DNA of 64,000 nt from NCBI RefSeq assembly GCF_009914755.1, contig NC_060938.1. One strand, given 5' to 3'. Shown one piece after another: positions 39,930 to 53,138 of this stretch. The notes below the pieces were generated by a model. It ran no database searches. It saw only the letters and a list, made by a program, of their open reading frames with translations, and was not told the origin of the DNA. The stretch comes from the human T2T-CHM13v2.0 reference genome, Homo sapiens. Every line of letters begins with the position of its first letter. The stretch's first letter is position 1. The position numbers and the translations under genes were made by a program.

Positions 39930-41967
39930 TGAAATGGTTTGACTTTGTGCCCCCACCCAAATCTCATCTCAAATTGTAATCCTTACATGTCGAGGGAGGG
40001 ACCTGGTGGGAAGTGATTGGATCATGGAAGCGGTTTCCCCTATGTTGTTATCACGATAGTGAGGGAGTTCTCATGACATCTACTGATTTTAAAAGTGGCA
40101 GTTTCCTCTGAACACACTCTCTCTCTCTCTCTGCTGCCACCTTGTGAAGGAGGTGTCTGCTTCTCCATTACCTTCCACCATGATTAGAAGTTTCCTGAGG
40201 CCTTCCTGACCATGCGGACCTGTGAGTCAGCTAAGCCTCTTTTGTTTATAAATTACTCAGTCTCAGATAGTATCTTTTTAGCAGTGTAACAACTAATACA
40301 GAAAATTGGTACCAGGAGTAAGGCACTGCTCTAAAGATAACCTGAAAATGTGGAATTGACTTTGGAACTAGGTAACAGGCAGAGGTTGGAACAGTTTGGA
40401 GGGCTCACAAGAAGACAGAACGATGTGGGAAAGTTTAGAACTTCCTAGAGACTTGTTGGATGGTGTTGACCAAAATGTTGGTAGTGATATGGACAGTGAA
40501 ATCCAGGCTGAGGAGGTCTCAGATGGAGATGAGGAACTTACTGGGAACTGGAGTAAGGGTCATTCGTGCTGTGCTTTAGCAAAGAGACTGGCAGTATTTT
40601 GCTCCAGCCCTGGAGATCTGTGGAACTTTGAACTTGAGAGAGATGATTTAGGGTATCCAGTTTAAAAAATTTCTAAGCAGCAAAGCATTCAAGAGGTGAC
40701 ATAGCTTATAATGAAAATGTTCAGTTATATGAGTTCATAGAGATTGTTTGAAATTGGATCTTATATTTAACAAGGAAGCAAAGAATATATGCTTGGAAAA
40801 TTTACAACCTGACCATGAGGTAGAAAAGGAAAACTCATTTTCTGAGGAGGAATTCAAGCTGACTGCAGAAATTTGCATAAGTAACAAGGAGCTAAATGTT
40901 AATATCCAAGACAATGCACAAAACTTCTCCAGAGCATGTCAGAGACCTTCACAGCAGCCTCTCCCATCACAAGCCTGGAGGACTAGGAGGGAAAAATGTC
41001 TTCCTGGGCCAGGCCCAGGGTGCTGCTCCTCTGTGCAGCTTCAGGACTTGGTGTTCTGTGTCCCAGCCACTCCAACTCCAGCTGTAGCTAAAAGGGGCCA
41101 AGATACAGCTCAGGCCATTGGTTCAGAGGCAAGGAAACCAAGCCTTGGTTTCCATGTGGTGTTGGGCCTGCAGGTACAGAGAAGACAAGAGTTGAGGCTT
41201 GGGAACGTCTGCTTAGATTTCAGAAGATGTATGGAAATGCCAGGCAGATATCTGCTGCAGGGGCAGCGTCCTCTTGGAAAACCTCTGCTAGGGTAGTGCA
41301 GAAGGAAAATGTGGGGTTGGAGCCCCCATACAGACTCCCCACTGGGGCACTGCCTAGTGGATCTATGAGAAGAGGGCCACCGTCCTCTAGATCCCAGAAT
41401 GATAGATCTGCCAACAGTTTGTGCAGTGCACCGGGAAAAGCAGCAGGCATTCAATGCCAATCTGTGAAAGCAGCCACAGGGGCTGTACCCTGCAGAGCCA
41501 TAGGGGCAGATCTGCCCAATGTCGTGGGGGCCCACCCCTTGCATCAACACGCCCTGCATGTGAGGCATGGAGTCTAAGAGATTACTTTGGATCTTTGAGA
41601 TTTAATGAATGCCCTGTCAGGTTTCAAACTTGCATGGGGTGCTTGGCCCCTTTGTTTTAGCCAATTTCTCCCTTTGGGAATTGGAACATTTATCAAATGC
41701 CTGTACACTTACTGTATCTTGCAAGTAACTAACTTGTTTTTTGGTTTTGCAGGCTCACAGTGGAAAAGGGCTTGCCTTATCTCAGATAAGACTTTGGACT
41801 TGGACTTTTGAGTTAATGCTGGAATAAGTTAAGACTTTGGAGGACTGTAGAAAAGGAATGATTGGTTTTGAAATGTGAAAAGGACATGAGATTTGGGAGG
41901 AGATAGGGACTGAATTATACAGTTTGGCTCTTTGTCCCCCCACAAACCTCATCTCAAATTGTAATAC
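39930..41967 (+). mobile_element. THE1D/MSTA provirus: LTR 39930-40300, internal 40301-41914, 3' LTR truncated after ~53 bp
   Basis: LTR, full MaLR internal region and PPT, then an abrupt switch to L1 ORF2. Confidence 0.93.
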
Positions 41968-42288
41968 ATAACCCCTTATCAGATGTGTCATATGAACATA
42001 TGTTTTCCTATTGCACAGGTTATCTCTACACTCTGCCGATTATTTCTTTATCTATGAAGAAGCTTTTTTGGTTTGATCCAAACCCCTTTGTCTCTTCTTG
42101 CCTTTGTTGCCTGTAGTTTGGGATCATATCCAAAAAATCTGCTTCAAAGCCAAAGTCAAGAAGGTTTTTCTTCACGTTTTCTTCTAGTAGTTTTTCAGTT
42201 TTGCATCTTATGTTTAAGTTTTTAATGCATTTTGAGTTAATTTTTGTATCTAGTGCAAGATGAGAATCCAATTTCATTCTTATGCATG

Positions 42289-42550
42289 TGTGCTGATTTT
42301 TTTCCTAGTTGGGTCTTAAAAGCTCTCTTTGGAGAGTGGCCATAAGCCAAGACAGCCACTTTCTAGAATAGCCCTGATAAAAAGAAAAGTTAGGGTCATG
42401 TATGTCAATTAGGTGAGACACAGGGAAGGCAGCACAACAAAGCACAAAATAACAGGAGTAGTTACAGATTCCAGGAAGAAGAGGGTTGCCCATAAAATCT
42501 GATAGGAAGTCAGGAGATGGCAGTGAACTCAACTAACAAGTTAGAGGGTG

Positions 42551-42584
<34 letters not shown>

Positions 42585-42976
42585 CAGAGAGAGAGAGAAA
42601 GACCCCAAAAAGTAGGGCATTATCCAAGGAGATTTCTCACAGAAAGTTCTAATTGTTGAGTTTGGAGCAAGCAGGCATGAATTCTCTGGAGTCATCCTGA
42701 CAGAGGTATCATCACTGCAGCATATCCGTGCACTCTATGTGGAGCGAAGGGTTCAATGGGGTGAGTGAAGTCACTCTTATATGGCCGATCCATAGGGATT
42801 GGGTCACCAGTAGACAGTTGCTTACAGCAAATATCTTGGTCTACCTCCTTGAGGAACTGGGAGGTGAAGAGCTGGAAACCATTAAAGGTAAATAAGCCTT
42901 ACTTTTGATGTGAGAAAGTCCATCTTACATTTATAATACAAGACAATGCAACATAAAATTATAAGGATTTACTAGG
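42289..42976 (-). mobile_element. MER74-like ERVL solo LTR with (GA)n
   Basis: Reverse complement begins TAGTAAATCCTTATAATTTTATGTTGC...CCTCCCAGTTCCTCAAGG, like MER74. Splits the host L1 at CATGTG/AATATCCAG. Confidence 0.65.
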
Positions 42977-45900
42977 ATATGAATATCCAGTTTTCTCAAC
43001 ACCATTGACTGAAGAGTCTTTTCTGTCTCTATTGTGTGTTCTTGGCTCCTTTGTCTAAAATCAATTGAACAAAAACACATGGGTTTATTTCTGGGCTCTC
43101 TATTCTCTTCCATTGGTCTGTAGTCTGTTTTTAAACCAGTACCATGCTATTTTGATTACTATAGATTTTACTATATTTTGAAGTTAGGTAGTCTGTTGCC
43201 TCCAAGATTTGTTCTTCTTGATAAAAACTGCTTTGGCTATTTGAGTTTTTTGTTGTTATTGTTATCATTGCTGTTGTTTGGTTCTATAAGAATTGTTTGT
43301 TTTTCATTTCTTTGAAAAATATCATTAGAATTTTCAGAGGGATTGCATTAAATCTGTAGATCCCTTTGGGTATTATAAACATTTTGACAACATTGATTCT
43401 TCTGATTGATGAACACAGAATATCTTCTAACTTATTTGTGTCTTCTTCAATTTTTTTCAACAATGTTTTATAGTTTTCAGTATGCAGATCTTTCAGTCCC
43501 TTAGCTACATTTATTCCTAAGTATATGATTGTTTTTGATGCTATCACTCATGAGGTTGCTTTCTTAATTCCTTTTTCAGATAACTCATTGCTTGTGTATA
43601 TAATCACAACTGATTTTTGTGTGTTGAATTTGTATCCTGCAGTTTTGCTAAATTATTTAATAAGTTATAACAGTTTTTTTGTAGTCTTTAGTTTTCCTAT
43701 ATATAAGATCATGCCAGTTAAGCTAGTTGATAATAAGGATACACTTCTCACAAAAAAGCAATGCTTTAGTAGCTGTATCTGTAGAAGAGTTTTATTACTT
43801 ACACAATGGGCACACTTTTTATAAACAACATTATTTATGATCTTTAAGTCAACATTATTGCCTACTTTGAAACTGAGCACTATTCTTCAGTGCTATTGTG
43901 CAATAAGAAGTAGATTTGCATTTGGGATTTGAGTAGGTTTTTTAACCTCTTTAAATCTCACTTTTCTCATTTTCCAATTGAGAAAAAAGAAAAAAATTTT
44001 TGAAAGAGTGTTGTAAAGATTAACACTAATGCATGCAACCTATGAAATGTAGCTGTTGGCACTCTGTGGTCTCCCACTAAGAAAGATAGTCCCATTATCA
44101 TTAACAGGACTTATTCTAATGTTCATTCTTTGTTTACTCTCAGGGACCCTAAGCAAAGATATGATGATTCATTTATAGGATATATTTTTGACTTTTCTAA
44201 AATACTCTGAAATGACCAGTTGATTAGATAGAGCCCCACCAATTACACTGTATCTGATGTAAATTTTCCCAATTTGCAAAGTGTTTGATATAATAAGAAT
44301 AACATAACCATTAAATAATATAGTCAGTGGAATTATATGTTTTGGAGTACATAGTTATGCAGTGAAATTTTGTATATATAAAAGTGATTTCTCAAAAATG
44401 TTTACATTTTGCAGTTGGAGATAAATCCTGACATCAGAAAGAAGCCTCATGCTCACTTTCTACCTCATTGCTCACTGGCCTATCAGAGATGTATTTCCCA
44501 AGTTTCCCCTGGAGAAATGAGGCATAGACCATTGGCTAAAGAGAATGAATAATGATTCTTAATAATAGACTCTTGAAAGCACAATGATAAGTCTTAGAAG
44601 TATAGAAGAACATTTTATTTAAATTGTATTTTTCTGTAAGGTACAATTTTCTTTTGCTCTAAGTTTTAGTGAATTCCTTAATGATTTCTATTATAATGAC
44701 AGAGGAAAAAAAGAAATCTAAATATTACCTTTTGATGATCTGACCAGTTTCTCTACATTTTGAATATATTCTTTTCTTGTTTACCATTATATTTAATTGC
44801 TTAATTTTTAAATTATTCTAGTTCTTATCAAGTAGTTTATGCATATATGAATTTGGGTTCTTACAACATCATTAATGTTTTCCATTGATGAAGTCATTCC
44901 AGCTGTGACACTTACCTTTACAATGTTCTATGTCTTCTTTGTCATTTGTTTCTTTTCTCACAAGTAGCAAAATTTTCTCATAATTACTAGAACTATTTAC
45001 TCTTATCTGTTTCCCCGCTGAAGCCTCAGAGGAAAATGATTTTACTTATATTCATTCATAGATCATCGAAACTCTAACTTTCATCTTGGGGCAGGAATCT
45101 ATTTTTAATCTTAAAAAATAAGTAAAGTTATCTCGCTTACTGGGTAAGACTGGATCATGACAGAAGAAAATCTAAATTTGTGACATCTTGGTTCAGGAAA
45201 CAGTCAATTGCCTTGTTCTTCATTCCTGTCTTTACTACGCTGTGCCTGAGAGGCCCAGCAATTAATTTTGAAGAGATGTTGAAATTTCACATAATTGTGG
45301 TTTCTTTGTCCATCAGTCTTTCCTTTCTTTCTGTCCAGGGACCACTGCACATTCTCTCTTTCATCAGTCTCTGCAGCGACCCAGGGACAAATGACTGATT
45401 ACATTTTAGCAAGCTGGTTCCTGCATTTCTGGAGCCACTAAATACTCCAGTTAAGTGACAGACAGTCACCACATTTTTTATCTTCGTTTTGCTGATGTGG
45501 GAGCCCTCTCCGTGTGTCCTATGAATAGTTCAGCATCCTCAGGAGTGAGTCTCATTTCTGTAATGCTTCATATGTCATCCACCCATTGTCACACACATGG
45601 CTCCAATTTTAGTACTTTATTTCTAGTTGGCCCAACAATTTAGTTTATTTTTCCCTGATTGTATCAATTTATTTTAAGTCTCCTATTTCTGTGTTTGGAT
45701 TTCAACCCCTGTCATTCCCACACCCTTTGGGTGGGTAATTTTGTTTCTCTATCAAAATATTTGATCTGATTCCCCCCTGTGCTTTTTATCCTCATCTGGG
45801 TTTCATCTTAAGATTTCTTTTTTTTTTATGCCTACAAAGTATTTTGAATGCCTCATAAACATCAACAGGCTCTTTTTGAATGAGCCATTTTGAAGTAGGC

Positions 45901-47059
45901 TTTCGGGTTTTCACATCACAGTAACTCCTTGTAAAAATTCATAGCCCTGGTAATGTATCCTTGGACTAGGGAGGAGGACTTTGGTCAGTTTGTCAGAGCG
46001 GGTTGCCAACAATGACCACTCTTATATTCTACCACAGAGCACCCTTCTCTACATGGATGCTCACAAAACAGAGAAAGGGGAAAAAAGTAAGACGGAGACT
46101 AATAAAGAGACCGAGAACAGCCTGATCTCTCTTTAATCTTTGGACTCTGTCTTTCAAAATCCTGATCCAGAAATATCTTTGACCCAGAGGAGGTTTTTTT
46201 TTAAAGCCATAATCCATTCTGCCTTCAAATATAACTTAAAAGTTCTGAATAAAATGGAATACAATATTCTGTTTGCTTGAGTGTGATAAATAAGAATAAT
46301 AGTATTCTACTAACTGCTGCTGATGATGACAATGGTACTTACTGAGTTGTCAATACATGTAGGTTTTAAGATGAAAACTGTTAAGATATAAACAAAATAG
46401 GATAAAGTTGGGATTACTTATTGTGCACTATGCTCAACCTCATTACTACTTCTCCTCACCTAGAGCTTTTAGGGACATAATGTTTTTATCCAATAAGCTA
46501 ATATTTTTAAAGCACTCTGGTTTTTATTTTTATGTCAAATACATCTAGCTAATGTTTTTGTTATTAGGTATATCATACACTCTTATTTTAAATAATTTGT
46601 TCCATTTTGGAACATATACAGCTATAATTTTTTTGTGAATTCAGATTAGAAGATAAATATATAGCCTCTATCTCTCCTTTTCTCTCTCTTCTCCTGTTTT
46701 ATGTTGCATGCATGCACATAAATACACACACATAGGCCCGGGTAAAACTAGTCAGTTAGTTATAAGCAACATCAAAAGTTATGATGCACAGTATTCACTC
46801 ATTTAGCCTAAATCATAACAGACCCAATATACATTTGATGCTTACTGAATATCAGACTGTATGCTATTAATATTTGTTGGTGATACCCACAATAATAACA
46901 CTATTCATCATCAATAATGAAGATGAGATGTACCCTGTTACATTAAAATTATCTTTCAATGTGTCTAAATGTTGTAGTATTAGAAATGGTCAAGTGTCCT
47001 CAGAGCTGAGACTGGAGAATGACACCTTCTCTTTGGGGAATTCAGGTAAAAAATAAACA

Positions 47060-47280
47060 AGAATGTGTAATTCTGTAAAGAACTTGGGCATGGAATCAAA
47101 TTGACCTCTTAGTCAATTCTTTCAATGTAACATTTATGTGACCTAGAAAAAAAAATCCCAATCTCTACCTTAATGTTTTCATCTGAAAAATTCAACAGTA
47201 ATTACTACCTCCAAGGAATGAGTTGCTTTGAAGATGACTGATATAATGTAGAATAACCTTCTGAGAAAGTTTTAAAACAT
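47060..47280 (+). mobile_element. MIR
   Basis: TATGTGACCTAG...TCTCTACCTTAATGTTTTCATCTGAAAAAT...ACTACCTC. Confidence 0.65.
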
Positions 47281-48398
47281 GATGATTTCTCTCTCTTTCC
47301 TGGAAAAAGATTAGGAGGTCAGAAAGCATGTGGTTATGGAAGAATAGTTTTCCCATGGCTGGACCAGGAGGGAGCAAGCCAGGTAGGGTCTATACATGAT
47401 AATCAAAATTTGGGAAGGGCTAGATTGTTTCATTTGTCAAAAGTCTTACTTGTCATAGAACTTTGGACTTGGGAATTGAAACTATGTCTAGTCACCCAGT
47501 TTAAGGTTCACTGCATAAGCTTGACTTTGCTATTTCAGAAAATTCTTGCTCTGAGGGAAAAAGTTGCAAGTCATTGTAATTGCTTTAGGAGCTTCCTAAA
47601 AATTCATTTATCTGAACAGCTTGCATCAGTCAGGGTAAATGGTACCTTCTCAGAGCACTAGACTCATCCAACAAGTGTTTGAGCTTGTACAAATCATTTT
47701 GTCTTCTGGATCTACCAACCTTAAAGTATTGTATTATGAACCTTGCTTGATCCCAATCAGATCTATGCATTGATGGTCCACCTTAAACCAACCTTTCCCA
47801 CTCAACTTTACAAATAGTCTTTTCCTTGATCTTTCTTTTTTGAGATGTTACTGAGACTATCAAAGTGGTGATCTTTTCCCACCATAAGCAAAAACATGGC
47901 TTGTGTTATCATGAAATTAATTTGGTGATTTTTTAATGGAAATTATCAGTCAATAAACTTCATCTTCAATTGCTTTTAAAATTTGTTGTTTTTGTTTGAA
48001 ATCTGCATGATTTCATGAAATTTGAATTATCAAGAGTGTAAGTTTGCCAGTAAGAGAATAATAAACTAAAGAGACAGAGAGAGGTAGAAAAATTAAGACA
48101 AAGCCTGTTGAAAGCATCTAGGAAAAAGCCAACAAATTGAACTGAAGTAGTGGAAATGCAGGTAGAAAGAAGTGGAAGAATAAAGTGACAGCTAATGGAG
48201 GACCAATAGGGCTTCTGAAGGGATAAGACTTAGAAAGAAGAAAGTAGTGTTATATGACTCTGAGGTTTCACGTCTTAGAGATTTGGTGAATCAGTGAACT
48301 CATTAACTATAACAGAGAATGAATATGTAAGAGTCATAGGGTGAGGGGGGATGAGTAATAAGATTAGTGTTTAATTGTTGTATTTGTAAAGTCTATAG

Positions 48399-48635
48399 CA
48401 GTGGATCTCAACTGGGAGCAGTGCTGCCCCTTATCTTCAGAAAGGGAACATTTGTCAATGTTGGGAGACATTTTTGGTTGTTATAACTCAGGGTGCAGTG
48501 ATACTGGTATCTAATGAGTCACAAGATAGTGGTTTCCAGGAATGCTGCCAAACATTTCACAATGCACAGAACAGCTCTCGCAACAATGAATTATCCTGCC
48601 CAAAATATCAATAGCACCAAGATGGAGAAACCCTA
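48399..48635. mobile_element. MER20 hAT MITE
   Basis: CAGTGGATCTCAAC...GGAGACATTTTTGGTTG...AATGCACAGAACAGC...CCCAAAATATCAATAG...GAGAAACCCT. Confidence 0.88.
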
Positions 48636-49069
48636 TAGAGACAAATATAGAACAAAAATTGTTTGTTAAAACACTTGAATTAATTAGGTCCATATCAAAG
48701 GGTGAATTAAAAACAGTTTATTATAAGCAATAGAAAAATGGTGTTATTCATGAGAACATGTTTTCATGAGAGAAGAACAGACTGGTTGTTCTCTCTGAGC
48801 ACGTGAAGTACTTTTCTTCTTTGCATTCTTATAGTACTTTATTAAGCACCTAGTTCAAGTCCTTTTGTTTTCTCCTATGACTAGTTATATTACATCCCAG
48901 TCTATTACATTTTCAATTTCTTATGTGAAATACATTTGTAATTCAGATATTTATCCCTTCAATTTCTAGTATATCACTTATTTCTACACACAGAGTAGGC
49001 ATGAAAAAGTGCATGCAGGATTCAACGCCTCTTCCTCAGCCTGATAAGTGAATCAAGCTGCATTATTCT

Positions 49070-49460
49070 GCAAGTATATGCGTAAGTTACATTCAAGGAT
49101 AATTATTAAAAACACGTAAAATTATGACTCTCACACGGAAATAAAATGAACACTGGTTAGGGATTTTTATTAAATTCATTAATTAAGGGAACTGGACAGA
49201 TACTATAATTGATACAAAAAGGAAGTCAAAGAAGCAAAAATTTACTTGGAGAAAAGACTGTTGAAGTAAAAGAACAAATAGATGGCAACTGCTTTTTCCA
49301 TGGGGGCAGGGGAAGATAAGTCAACTGAGTCTCCACTGGGCAAAATAGGTTTGCATGAGTATAGAAAATACTTATTTTGTTTTGGCCTCAGTTATTCACA
49401 AATTACAAAATAGCCCCCTGAGAATGGAGTCGGTTATCCCCCAAATTTTTTGTAGACAGT
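49070..49460. mobile_element. Possible old ERV1 LTR (LTR37-like)
   Basis: AAAATGAACACTGG...TTATTAAATTCATTAATTAAGGGAAC resembles a remembered consensus. Confidence 0.35.
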
Positions 49461-51900
49461 TCATAGTTGTCCCTTGCAGCACACTTTTTGTATAGTTATT
49501 ATTATGTATTCTCATAAGTAACTAAACCTTTTAGATTAAAAAAAAGTTTGCAGAAGAGAATAACCATTTATTTTAATCTATTATGTTTTTCCCTTTAATT
49601 CTGTCTTTTAATACCATTGCAATCTTGTTTAATAGAGAATTACTTTAAAAATTGTAAAATGCTACTTCAAGTTTTGATTTTTATGTAATAGCTTATGGTA
49701 TTATTTAAAATACCACTATTGAGTGACGTGGTTTCCTTTCATTTGACAAAAATTATTTTATGGTACATGAAGACTAGGTTGTTACTCATTTCCTCAGAAA
49801 ATATTTTCTGAGAAAAAATATTATATTAGCTATTAAAAAGTACTGGAATATTACATGTATATGTTTGTATAGTACTACTATCAATCCTTATCTATGCTTC
49901 CCATTATGTAAATAATAATTTTGAAATAGGTAAAATTAGTGGACTAAACAATAAGATTACAATGAAAAATATATTCTAGGTAGTTTCTTGGAACACTGTA
50001 AGTTCTAGAATAAGCTTCAGCATATTTTTTCTATGACATTCCCAATTATTTTTTGGCCTGACAGTTTTATTCATTGCTTAAATTAATTTCCAGTTTCTCA
50101 GATTGTCAGCGAAGCTCAGATCCTACTGTTTACTCCAATAGTAATTTCCTCCAGATTTTGTTTTCTAAGCCAGGGACCACACAAAAGCTTTATTTAATTT
50201 TTTTTTTCAAAGCTCTGGCACTTGCAAATTTTAGTTTAAAAATTCCTTTCCAAGCTTTGTATTATATCTCCCTGAACAGTAATCCTTCCTTTACTTGCCA
50301 CATTATACTTTTATTCTTGAGAATAAACCAAAAGCACTGGGAAGATTATATGTGGGCTTAAAAAATATATATCTCCTTTATTTCAAGGGGTGCCAAACCC
50401 TTTTAGGTGATTATACTAGTTTATGATCCAAGCCCTTAAGATAAGTAAGTTTAAAAAATAAAGAAAAGAAGCAGCACTGAAAGAGACTGTTAGGTAAACC
50501 AAATTGTCCAAAAGTCTCCAATGACTGAAATATTTTGCAAAGATGATAAGAATGGTCATGATAATAAAGTTCAATTTATTGAATACTTCTCATATACCAG
50601 AAACTACTGTAAGTGCTTCACATACAGTATGTGATTAAACCTTCATGTGATCAGAAATTAACCTCTGTTTTTTATACTCATTACTCATTCTTTTATGCAA
50701 CTGGGATGACATTCTATACTTTTGTCCTTCCAGTTAGGGTACACATGCAACAAAGAAGACTCAGTGTTCTACTTTTGAATTTTAAATAGATATTTAAATT
50801 CTTAGCACACATTTTGTATGAAAGTAAATGTCTGGAGGAGTTTTATTCTCCTTAAAATAAAAAATTCAGAGCCTGGAATGACTGAAGGCATAAAATTTAT
50901 GTCACAAACAGTAGGCATTGAATAACACATGGTCAATAATAGCCTATCTTTCTCTCTATTGAGTGAGAAAGACGAAATGCACCACACAGTAAGGAGATGA
51001 TTTTACCAGGCTATTGCTATAAGGAGGAAGTTAATTAATGAAGGACATCTTAAATAAAAAGAAGGAGGCTTGGGATTTTATAAAGGCAGGAAAACAAGGG
51101 AGGCATGAATAAAGGTGAAGGTTGGTCTTATCTGGGAATATTTCTTTGCTATAACTTTTTCTGGAAAAGAACAGGAGAAAGGAATTTATTAACCTTTGCT
51201 GCTTTCTAAAAACATAGATAAAGTTCAACATTATCACCACATTTGAAAAATGTCCCATGAGCAGGATTAAGAGGTAGAGTCAGAGAAGAGAACAAAAGAG
51301 TTAAATGCTGGTAGGGCTATTGTGGAGGCCCTTTGTACCTTAATCTCACACACACTCATCACACACCATTAGTTCAAAATCCAGATTTGAAATCTAGGAA
51401 ATATGGGAGACAGAGATGAGCATGAAGATCTGAAGCAAGGGAGATGTGTATCATTGGTGAGTGTAGCAACAGGATGGAAATCTATCATCCCATCTTCCCA
51501 CTTCTCTTCGTCTTTCCCATTCCCATCCCCAACTCCTGCAGGGCTGAATGTCAATAGAATGCACATGCAACACAGAATATCTGTTTAGAAAAGACTAGAC
51601 ACAGCCCCAGCAGCATCAGTATGCTTCCATAGAGGTGCAGTAGGGGTGCAATTTCCTGGCCAACAGTAGATGGAAATCTGGTCTCAAGTCAACAATTTAC
51701 ACTGTGCATCTTGCCCATTTCTTGTTATTGTTGTGAGAGCCTTTGGAGGAATCAGCAGGCTCTGGCCTCTTCCTCGTACTTCTTAAGGAACAGAAATTGC
51801 ATTTATCTTGGTTTGTCAACATACCACTAAAGTTCAATGAATTTATCTAAAGAATACAAAGCTCAAGACATCTGTGAGAATATCTATGACTCACTTAGAT

Positions 51901-52107
51901 CATGGTTTCTCAATTTTGGCAATATTGACATTTGGGGCAGGACGATTCTTTGTTGTGGGAGATGAGAAGTGTTAGGTTCTTTCAAATGTCTCTGACTTCT
52001 ACCCATGAGATGCTAACCCCAGTTGTCATAATCAAAAATAACTTCTTCCCTCATTGCCAAAATGTCCTTTGTGGATAAAATCACTCTTGATTGGTTGAGT
52101 ACCATTG
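51901..52107. mobile_element. MER20 (opposite orientation to 48399)
   Basis: GGTTTCTCAATTTTGGCAATATTGACATTTGGGG...ATTCTTTGTTGTGGG...GGTTGAGTACCATTG. Confidence 0.82.
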
Positions 52108-52209
52108 TCTTAAACCATGACTTGCCCTCCAAGGTGATTTGTTTAGACATAAGCACGAAACACCATTCTGGCCAACAAGAAAAAAGGAGACTCTTCTCAA
52201 GGGACTTTA

Positions 52210-53138
52210 TTTTTGTCTTTGGCTGCTCAAGCTACCATAATAAAATACATAGAATGCGTGGCTTAAACAACAAACTTGTTTTCTCACCAATTCTGGAGGT
52301 GGAAAGTTATGATTGTTAATTTTAGGTATCAATTTGTCTAGATTAAGGGATACCTAGATAGCTGATGAAGCATTATTTCTGAGTGTGTCTTTGAGGGAGT
52401 TTCCAGAGGAGATTGGCATGTGAGTGGGTGGACTGAGTGGGGAAGATCTGCCTTTGACTTAGGTGGGAACCATCCCAACTGGCTGGTGGCCCAGCTGGAA
52501 AACCCTTATTCTCCTGCCCTTGGATATCAGAACTCCAGGTTCTTTGGCTTTTGAACTCTAGGACTTAACTCAGCAGCCCCCTGGGCTCTCAGGCCTTTGA
52601 TCTCAGATTAAAGTTATACCATTAGCTTCTTAATCCCGGGTTCTGAGGCTTTTGGACTTGGATGGGGCCATGCTACCAGCTTCCCTCGTTCTTCAGCTTG
52701 CAGGCAACCTATTGTTGGACTTAGCCTCCATAATCTTGTGAACCAATTCTGCTAAAAAATCACCTCTCATAGATTTATAGCTACATCTTTTTATATATAT
52801 ATATATATTTGTATCTATATCTATCCTACTGGTCTGTCTCTCTGGAGAACCCTAAGTAATATAGAAGTCCCAGATCTAGGTGCTAGTTGATTCAGTTTCT
52901 TGTGAGAGCTTTCACATAGCAGCCTCCTTCTAACTATGTCCTCATATAAGGGAGAGAAAGGAAAGAGAAAGCGATCTTCCTTTTCTCATAATGACTTTAA
53001 TCCTATTGGATTAGGGCCCACCCTTATGATCTCATTAAACCATAATTACTTTCTAAAGACCCATCTCTGATAGGGTTATACTGGGAGTTAGGGCTTCAGC
53101 ATATGAATTCAGAGAGGAAGAGCATTCAGTCTATAGAA
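52210..53138 (-). mobile_element. MLT1A-type LTR interrupted by MLT2B
   Basis: GTGGCTTAAACAAC...TTCTGGAGG, resuming GAAGTCCCAGATC...ATTAGGGCCCACCCTTATGA...TTAGGGCTTCAGCATATGAATT. Confidence 0.85.
52308..52863 (+). mobile_element. MLT2B-type ERVL solo LTR
   Basis: TATGATTGTTAATTTTAGGTATCAA...TCTCTGGAGAACCCTAAGTAATATA. TSD AAAGT/GAAGT. Confidence 0.88.

Larger units (their letters stand above)
37830..43715 (-). mobile_element. L1MA-type element fragmented by nested insertions (pieces 37830-37898, 38986-39553, 41968-42288, 42977-43715)
   Basis: L1MA 3' end CCCAGCTCTACTGAGGTATAATT..., resuming ATATTGTGAAATGATTAAC. ORF2 pieces are collinear. Confidence 0.85.

Noticed and set aside
40396-41660. 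ORFs of 89-182 aa, with similar peptides at 1586-2786 and 23860-24717
   Set aside because: Read-through of homologous THE1/MST internal regions, broken by stops. Not a gene family.
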